Assembly: GCA_001825665.1 (NCBI GenBank)
Contig: MHXZ01000018.1
Coordinates: 972-64,971 of the forward strand
DNA length: 64,000 bases
Origin: Planctomycetes bacterium GWF2_41_51
Lineage (GTDB): Bacteria > Planctomycetota > Phycisphaerae > Sedimentisphaerales > UBA12454
Direction of reading: 5' to 3'
Part shown: piece after piece, positions 58,074 through 64,000 of the stretch
Numbering within the stretch: the stretch's first letter is position 1
How the letters are laid out: every line of letters starts with the position of its first letter
Program-made: the position numbers and the translations under genes
The notes under the pieces: generated by a model
Told to the model about the DNA's origin: nothing
What the model saw: the letters and a program-made list of their open reading frames with translations, nothing else
Database searches by the model: none

Positions 58074-58988
58074 TCATACAAAAACGTCATATTCTCTGCC
58101 GAACTGCCGCAGAAAGCATAATGTATAAAGCCTTGTAAAACAGGCGAATGGAAGCAATATAACTGTTCCTATATAGGGAATAAACAGCAATATTCCAACT
58201 CCGCACAAGCAGCAGCATCCAACAAATAATATTCCAAAAGTTATGGCTCCAATGGATAACAGTATTAAGAATTTGAATAGAAAATAAAGAATTATTTTCC
58301 AGAAATGTGTTTTCAAAGGTGCTAAAAATATTTTCCACGCTGCAAGAGTATTGATCCTTCTTATATACATTGTAGGCACGATGAAATCTAACGTAAGTCC
58401 CTTTATAAGCCCGAAAAACAACGCAATTATGATAATGATGAAGACAATTCCTGAAATTGCTGCGATTGAAACTGCAAAATTTATGCTATCTGACCTCATC
58501 GCCAGGGCCAGAAAAATTATCGGCAGCGAAAATACTGTGATAATGCCATAGCTGACTACTATCAAAAGCAGGCGAAATCTAAAAAGGCTGTTTGCCTGCC
58601 GCCTGAAAGTTCTCCACGGTTCAACAACCTGTGCCTTGTTTTTTGCCAGGCAATCGACGAACATAAATCGTCCTCTGCTGTTAAGCCATAGCACAACTAA
58701 AACAACAGCTAATATAGTCGTTACAGCAATTGCTGCGATGATGCCCACCATCAGCAGATTTTCTTTGACATATTCCGTTACTTTTGCCCATTCCTGCGTT
58801 TCTTGCGAATTAGGGAATTTGAAATTTATTGACCCGCGAACTCCCTCACGTATCATATTCGCCAGCCACGCGCAAAACCCGATAATGAACCACTTTTCCA
58901 AATTAAACGGCTTGAATAGCAGAATCCTCGTCTTTTCAATCGCCTCGCTTACCGGATTGATTACACTTATCTTTTGCAGTGAATCCAT
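58074..58988 (-). CDS. Hypothetical multi-TM membrane protein
   Basis: ORF with 6 or more hydrophobic helices. Family not recognised. Confidence 0.4.
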   Translation of the reverse strand: MDSLQKISVINPVSEAIEKTRILLFKPFNLEKWFIIGFCAWLANMIREGVRGSINFKFPNSQETQEWAKVTEYVKENLLMVGIIAAIAVTTILAVVLVVLWLNSRGRFMFVDCLAKNKAQVVEPWRTFRRQANSLFRFRLLLIVVSYGIITVFSLPIIFLALAMRSDSINFAVSIAAISGIVFIIIIIALFFGLIKGLTLDFIVPTMYIRRINTLAAWKIFLAPLKTHFWKIILYFLFKFLILLSIGAITFGILFVGCCCLCGVGILLFIPYIGTVILLPFACFTRLYTLCFLRQFGREYDVFV

Positions 58989-59072
58989 AATTCCCTCATA
59001 AAAAATTCTTATCGCACAATTTTAACTTACGGCATTTTCATCGTCAAGCCATATCTGCCCGGACAAGTGTGA

Positions 59073-59387
59073 TTATTCCACGACCACAGCGGTCCCAAAA
59101 ACCAGAATTTCTGAAGCCATCTGCATAATCATCGATGTGGAAAAACGTACACCGACTATTGCGTTGGATCCCAATTGTCTGGCATGTTCCGACATCCTGT
59201 CCAATGCCTGTTCCCGTGATTCTGCCATAAGTTTTGTATAATCGGATATCTCTCCTCCAACTATATTGCGAAGACCGGCTATTATATCTTTTCCGATATG
59301 TCTGGCACGAATAGTATTGCCTCTCACAAGCCCTATATGTTTTATGATTTTTTTACCTACGATAGTCTCTGTTGTTGACAAAAGCAT
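59073..59387 (-). CDS. YbjQ/UPF0145-family protein
   Basis: TTETIVGKKI...GGEISDYTKLMAESREQAL..M...A..LGANAIVGVRF pattern. Confidence 0.7.
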   Translation of the reverse strand: MLLSTTETIVGKKIIKHIGLVRGNTIRARHIGKDIIAGLRNIVGGEISDYTKLMAESREQALDRMSEHARQLGSNAIVGVRFSTSMIMQMASEILVFGTAVVVE

Positions 59388-59391
59388 TTTA

Positions 59392-59838
59392 TTATCTCCT
59401 TACATCTTTATAACGGTCATTTTTCCAGAAATAAATTCTTTCCCTTAGCACTGAAACAAACAAAACAGCAGCGCCCGCTATAAGTATCAGCAGCGCCGCC
59501 TTTAAAATGAGACCCACCGAAGGGTCACGAATAATCGCTTCGATGGCTTTAAACCCTCCGTATGCCAGCAGCAGAATTGACGCTATTGAAAACAATATCC
59601 ATCCCGTTGCTCGTTCAGTGCGGTTGTAAACATTTTGCCAGTACTGTTCCCATATTCGCTCTTCTGGTTCGGTGAATTTTATTTCATCTGTATGCTGCTT
59701 TAGTTGCTTGAATTCTTTAAATTCATCAGAGCATTCTTTGCAGGATTGCAGATGCTCTTCAAAAGTTTTTTTCGCCTCAGCTTCGAGTTCACCGTCAATA
59801 TAAGCCATCATCAGATTTTTATAATCCTGGCAAGTCAT
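59392..59838 (-). CDS. Anti-sigma factor (zf-HC2) with C-terminal TM helices
   Basis: MTCQDY...HLQSCKECSDEF motif, immediately downstream of the ECF sigma gene. Confidence 0.7.
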   Translation of the reverse strand: MTCQDYKNLMMAYIDGELEAEAKKTFEEHLQSCKECSDEFKEFKQLKQHTDEIKFTEPEERIWEQYWQNVYNRTERATGWILFSIASILLLAYGGFKAIEAIIRDPSVGLILKAALLILIAGAAVLFVSVLRERIYFWKNDRYKDVRR

Positions 59839-59839
59839 T

Positions 59840-60406
59840 TTAATGACCTCCTTTCATTGTACTTAAAATTTCTTTTAATTGCCTGCGCCCGTAATATAGT
59901 CTGCTCATTACCGTGCCTTTGCTGCAAAAAAGATTTTTTGCTATTTGTTCGTAAGATTGGTTTAAGAAATGTCGCAGTATAATTATTTCGCGATGTTTCT
60001 CATCAAGCTGGCCTATCGCTTTCCATATTATTTCTTTGGTTTCGTTCCTCTCGGCTATTGCTTCAGGATCAAAATTATTTTGCATTAACTTTTCGCTCGT
60101 GATTTCATCCAGGGGCTGCGCCGCCTGTGTTTTCTTTTTCCGCATATAGTCAAAGCAAAGATTGCGTAATATTTGATAGAACCATGGAAAAAATTTATCA
60201 TTATTCTGAAGATGACGAATGCTGCGATAAGCTTTCAGAAAAGCTTCTTGTGAAAGCTCCAGCGCATCCTGATGATTTCCGCAGAATCCCAACGCGATGC
60301 GGTAAGAATCTTTCATATATTTCATAACGCAGGTTTCGAACATCGCTGCCGAAGACCGTGCCTGCAAAATCTGATTATCCGTGCCGTTCAAATTTGAACT
60401 CCGCAA
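59840..60406 (-). CDS. ECF-type sigma-70 family RNA polymerase sigma factor
   Basis: Region 2 (DALELSQEAFLKAYRSI..F.PWFYQILRN) and region 4 (REIIILRHFLNQSYEQIAKNL..SKGTVMSRL). The start codon is uncertain (TTG at 60406). Confidence 0.8.
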   Translation of the reverse strand: MRSSNLNGTDNQILQARSSAAMFETCVMKYMKDSYRIALGFCGNHQDALELSQEAFLKAYRSIRHLQNNDKFFPWFYQILRNLCFDYMRKKKTQAAQPLDEITSEKLMQNNFDPEAIAERNETKEIIWKAIGQLDEKHREIIILRHFLNQSYEQIAKNLFCSKGTVMSRLYYGRRQLKEILSTMKGGH

Positions 60407-60535
60407 TTCAATTCTGTTTTATATTTATAGTTATAGACAGTTTAAAGAATTGATTTATTCAAAAAAAATTCCGGTTTTTAGTGGATAATAATGAAAAGCG
60501 ATATAAGTGTTTGTTTTGGCTGCAGTTATACATTT

Positions 60536-61315
60536 TCACCATTTTTTTCGAATTGGTATTCCCGCTGCGATAAGTTCGTCTTTTATTTGTTTGATAGTGA
60601 ATTTTCCTGTATGAATCATGCTCGCGATAATTGCCGCGTCTGCTTTCCCCTCTTTGAAAACATCGATTAGGTGCTGATACGTTCCGCCTCCGCCGCTTGC
60701 CACGACCGGTATGCCGACATTTTCCGAGATCATCTTTGTCAGGTTGATCTCGAATCCCGCCTGCGTTCCATCCGCGTCAACGCTGTTTACCACAATTTCG
60801 CCCGCGCCCAGTTCTTCCGCTTCTTTTGCCCACTGCAGCGCATCGATACCTGTACGTGTCCGAAAGCCCTGTGTGGTAATCTCGTATCCGCTCGGAAATT
60901 TTTCACTTTTTTCTACTTTTACAGGATCCATTCCGAGCACGATGCATTGAGCGCCGAATTGTTTTGCGCCTTCGGAAATGATTTTCGGATTCCGCACCGC
61001 CAGTGTATTTACGCTCACCTTTTCAGCACCTGCCAGAAGTACCCGCCTCATATCTTCGAGATTTTTTATTCCGCCTCCGACTGCGAACGGTATATGCACT
61101 GCCTTTGCCACTTCGCGAACCATTTCTATATCGATTGGCCGGCCTTCCGCCGAAGCCGTTATATCATAGAATACAAGTTCATCGCATCCGCCGTCGCTGT
61201 ACGCTACCGCCATTTCAATCGGGTCGCCAAGGTCGATGTTGTTTTGGAACTTCACGCCTTTGGTTACTTTGCGGTTTCTTACATCAAGGCACGGTATTAT
61301 TCTTTTCGTCAGCAT
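60536..61315 (-). CDS. hisF: Imidazole glycerol phosphate synthase, cyclase subunit
   Basis: MLTKRIIPCLDV..., GADKVS-like AGAEKVSVNT, and a VVASGG block. Confidence 0.95.
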   Translation of the reverse strand: MLTKRIIPCLDVRNRKVTKGVKFQNNIDLGDPIEMAVAYSDGGCDELVFYDITASAEGRPIDIEMVREVAKAVHIPFAVGGGIKNLEDMRRVLLAGAEKVSVNTLAVRNPKIISEGAKQFGAQCIVLGMDPVKVEKSEKFPSGYEITTQGFRTRTGIDALQWAKEAEELGAGEIVVNSVDADGTQAGFEINLTKMISENVGIPVVASGGGGTYQHLIDVFKEGKADAAIIASMIHTGKFTIKQIKDELIAAGIPIRKKW

Positions 61316-61552
61316 ATTTTAATTTCGTAAAAATTAGTATTACTATTCATAAATTTCTTGTTTTCTCTCGCAGAGTCTTTGGACTGCTTTATTTTTCTTA
61401 ATTTTTGGTTTCAGTTACGATGCTCGTCAAACATCCTTTAGTTACGTATTGAACCACGATTAACGTTTTGTCGCAACCGTAACGAGCTTCTCTACCGCAG
61501 CCGTTTAGACGTAATCTTTAAAAATATATGTTTATTCGTGTTCATTCGTGGT

Positions 61553-62173
61553 TTAATTTCCGTTCCAATTACAGAAATTCTCAAGCAGTCTCAATCCGAT
61601 TCGTCCTGACCTTTCCGGGTGGAACTGTACCGAAGCAAGATTATTTTTCCCTGCCGCACTGGCAAACACCGCGTCTGCGTAGTCAGTTTGTCCGAGTATA
61701 TTGTTTGCATCGCTGCACGATGGATAGAAGCTGTGTACGAAATAAAATTCACTTTCGTCTTCTATCCCTTCGAAAATCGGGTGCGGCTTTTTTACCTTGA
61801 CGGTATTCCATCCGATTTGCGGAATTTTGCACATCTTATCGCTGGGCCTGAATTTTTTCACTTTCCCCGGCAGTATCCCAAGGCATTCTGTCCCGCCGTC
61901 TTCTTCGCTTGATTCGAACAAAACCTGCATCCCGATACATATCCCCAAAAACGGAACACCATCAGCGATTACTTTTCGGATAGGCTCTATTAATTGTAAT
62001 TCTTTAAGGTTGTCCATCGCCGCCATTGCCGCACCAACGCCCGGAAATACGATTTTCTCTGCGCGAAGTATTTCCTCAGGCTTATCGGTAATTTTTACTT
62101 CTTGACCGATACTCTCGAAGGCAAGTCCGACGCTTGTCAAATTCCCGGCTTTGTAGTCAATTATTGTTATCAT
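61553..62173 (-). CDS. hisH: Imidazole glycerol phosphate synthase, glutamine amidotransferase subunit
   Basis: MITIIDYKAGNLTSV, GICIGMQ catalytic Cys and the HPE triad. The ATG at 62173 is preferred over the long extension. Confidence 0.9.
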   Translation of the reverse strand: MITIIDYKAGNLTSVGLAFESIGQEVKITDKPEEILRAEKIVFPGVGAAMAAMDNLKELQLIEPIRKVIADGVPFLGICIGMQVLFESSEEDGGTECLGILPGKVKKFRPSDKMCKIPQIGWNTVKVKKPHPIFEGIEDESEFYFVHSFYPSCSDANNILGQTDYADAVFASAAGKNNLASVQFHPERSGRIGLRLLENFCNWNGN

Positions 62174-62265
62174 TTTTTCTGTTTTTCGTGTAAAATCATA
62201 TTGTAGGTGCAGCCGATGTGTCTGCCCGATTATTATATAACAAAAATTTATTAGGAGCAAGTTTT

Positions 62266-62697
62266 ATGCTTAAGGGAATACCATCGATTATTTCCCCGGA
62301 ATTATTGAAAATTTTAGCTGAAATGGGACATGGCGACGAAATTGTTATTGGAGATGGAAATTTTCCCGCTGCTTCCAACGCCGAAAGGCTCGTTCGCTGC
62401 GATGGTCATTCAGTGCCGGCTTTATTAAAAGCAATATTGACCATCTTTCCGCTCGATACTTTCGTGGAATATCCTGTTGCGCTTATGGAAGTTGTCCATG
62501 GCGACAAAACTAAACCCGTTATCTGGAATGAGTACAAGAGAATAATCAAATCCAGCGGCGAAAAATTCACCGATTTCGAATTTATCGAACGTTTCGATTT
62601 TTATGAAAGAGCGAAAGATGCTTATGCAATTATTGCTACAAGTGAAAAAGCACTTTACGCAAATATCATCCTCAAAAAAGGCGTTATTAAAAGTTAG
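62266..62697 (+). CDS. fucU: RbsD/FucU-family sugar mutarotase (L-fucose mutarotase-like)
   Basis: MLKGIPSIISPELLKILAEMGHGDEIVIGDGNFP. An AGGAG SD lies 9 nt upstream of the ATG at 62266. Confidence 0.75.
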   Translation: MLKGIPSIISPELLKILAEMGHGDEIVIGDGNFPAASNAERLVRCDGHSVPALLKAILTIFPLDTFVEYPVALMEVVHGDKTKPVIWNEYKRIIKSSGEKFTDFEFIERFDFYERAKDAYAIIATSEKALYANIILKKGVIKS

Positions 62698-62721
62698 GCT
62701 TTGAATTGCAGAATTAAAGTA

Positions 62722-62745
62722 GGGGCAGACCTATGTGTCTGCCCT
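62722..62745. terminator. Hairpin between convergent genes (probable bidirectional terminator)
   Basis: GGGCAGAC-CTATGT-GTCTGCCC 8-bp GC-rich stem with T/A-rich flanks. Confidence 0.5.
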
Positions 62746-62759
62746 ATATATCTCTTATT

Positions 62760-64000
62760 TTATTTTTCTCCCGCCAGAACTTCCGCTATGTTCAAACCGT
62801 GGTCTTTGATTCGTCTGTATGAATTGAGCATGTCTGTATAAATTAGACTTTTAATAGGCGATGCTTTGCCGCTCTCAACTCTTTCAATATGTTCCGCGCG
62901 GTATTTTTTCATCAGCCCCGTGATAAATTTCCCTCTTCCCTCAGCCTCTGTAAGCATTTCAGTATTCGCATTAGTTACTGCCTCATTTATGAAATTAATA
63001 TATTCAGCCGCTTTGTCGTGCAAATCGAGAATGGCCGTTCTGCCTTCATCGGTTATTTGCTGCTGTTCATCATTGAGTTTGAGATTGAATTTGAGAATAT
63101 TTGTTATGTAGTCGCTTATAGATTCGTATTCGTCGGCCATTCTGATCTGCCATCTTGCCCGTTCCGCAACATCTCTTGGAATAATGCCCGTCATCATATG
63201 CCCTACAAATTCGACGATTTCCTTTTGTATTACATCAAGTTCTCTTTCCTGCTTAAAAATATATTCCTGTTTTTCTTTGCCTCCGCTGCCGACAAGTATC
63301 TCTTTCAGCGCATTCATCATATCTGATACAGTTTGCCCCATTCGGATAATTTCCTGCTTCGATTGTTCGATTCCCAATACCGGCGCTTCGAATAATCTGA
63401 CATCCAGAGTGGTAAGCTTTGGCCTTGAGATCTTTGCCTTTTCAGGAATTAACCGGGTCAGCAGTTTTGCCAATGGCTGCACAAATGGCAGAAATACAAG
63501 TGTATTAAGAACGTTGAAAATTGTATGTGTAATGGCGATAGACTCCATTGTGTGCGGAAAAGTTGTTACGCCGTTATTCACAACAGCCGTAGCCGCATCT
63601 ACTCCTCCATTCCACGCCACAAAAGCCTGCACTGCTTTTATATATGGAAAGAAAAACAGCGTAATCCAGAATACTCCGATTATATTAAACAATGTATGAG
63701 CCAAAGCAGCTCTTCTTGCATTTGTGGCTGTCCCTAAAGATGCGAGAAATGCGGTTATAGTTGTTCCTATATTTTGCCCAAGAACCAGTGCCGCTGCCGT
63801 TGGAAAATCTATCACACCGTTATAAGCCAGTCCCATTGTTATACCGATTGTTGCCGAAGACGACTGAACAACTGCCGTAACAATCGTTCCAACAAGTACG
63901 CATTTAACAACGCCAAAATATGTATCAGGCGAAAACTTTGTAAACCACGCAACGAATCCCGGCAGTTCTTTCAGCGGTGCGAAACCGTTTTTCATCAGTT
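62760..64000 (-). CDS. Na/Pi cotransporter family protein with C-terminal PhoU-like domain (N-terminus outside window)
   Basis: QSSSATIGITMGL and GQNIGTT motifs. The ORF runs off the window end. Confidence 0.75.
   Translation of the reverse strand, partial: LMKNGFAPLKELPGFVAWFTKFSPDTYFGVVKCVLVGTIVTAVVQSSSATIGITMGLAYNGVIDFPTAAALVLGQNIGTTITAFLASLGTATNARRAALAHTLFNIIGVFWITLFFFPYIKAVQAFVAWNGGVDAATAVVNNGVTTFPHTMESIAITHTIFNVLNTLVFLPFVQPLAKLLTRLIPEKAKISRPKLTTLDVRLFEAPVLGIEQSKQEIIRMGQTVSDMMNALKEILVGSGGKEKQEYIFKQERELDVIQKEIVEFVGHMMTGIIPRDVAERARWQIRMADEYESISDYITNILKFNLKLNDEQQQITDEGRTAILDLHDKAAEYINFINEAVTNANTEMLTEAEGRGKFITGLMKKYRAEHIERVESGKASPIKSLIYTDMLNSYRRIKDHGLNIAEVLAGEK

Noticed and set aside
61316-61552. 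A decayed hisA pseudogene between hisH and hisF.
   Set aside because: 237 bp is far too short, and none of the six-frame translations shows HisA-like motifs. It is treated only as an unexplained spacer.
62216-62745. 12-nt direct repeat ATGTGTCTGCCC flanking fucU (62216-62227 and 62734-62745).
   Set aside because: Exact 12-mers are expected to recur by chance many times in a 64-kb window. The second copy is simply one arm of the terminator hairpin.

Overview
64 kb of prokaryotic chromosome. It is gene-dense, moderately AT-rich and mostly + strand, with no rRNA, tRNA, CRISPR array, transposase or integrase recognisable by eye. The taxon cannot be assigned from the sequence; the glycyl-radical, radical-SAM and CcdA/thioredoxin content suggests an anaerobe. 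Layout: (1) 0-4 kb holds housekeeping or envelope genes (metallophosphoesterase, GT2/21-like, LysM). (2) 4.0-8.9 kb is an accessory islet. It contains a consensus sigma54 promoter, a small pseudo-receiver gene, and a ~620-nt non-coding region made of four covarying structured modules, each led by a CU-rich anti-Shine-Dalgarno-like tract and ended by an intrinsic terminator. A transglutaminase-fold protein and an AT-rich PD-(D/E)xK nuclease-like protein follow. (3) 9.8-21.6 kb is a metal/metalloid resistance island: arsR, ArsP-like permease, arsM, acr3, two thioredoxins and ccdA; then arsR, arsC, Cys-rich proteins, a CPC P1B-ATPase lacking an HMA domain, a second ccdA-like gene, a ccdA 3' relic, a DsrE-like gene, chrA and crcB. 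(4) 22-55.6 kb is a very large surface-polysaccharide locus. It encodes nucleotide-sugar enzymes for UDP-uronic/amino sugars, GDP-fucose and UDP-Galf, plus wzx, a wzy-like gene and many GTs. Its AT-rich central part unexpectedly contains a glycyl-radical enzyme with its activase, and a distal sub-cluster has ATP-grasp, KamA-like aminomutase and HAD genes plus two different priming phosphoglycosyl transferases. (5) 55.6-64 kb holds envelope genes, an ECF sigma/anti-sigma pair, hisF and hisH without hisA between them, fucU and a partial Na/Pi cotransporter. The best candidates for novelty are the modular RNA array at 4887-5506 and the GRE/activase pair at 36202-39253 inside the glycan locus. All protein calls rest on motif recognition by eye, not on database searches.
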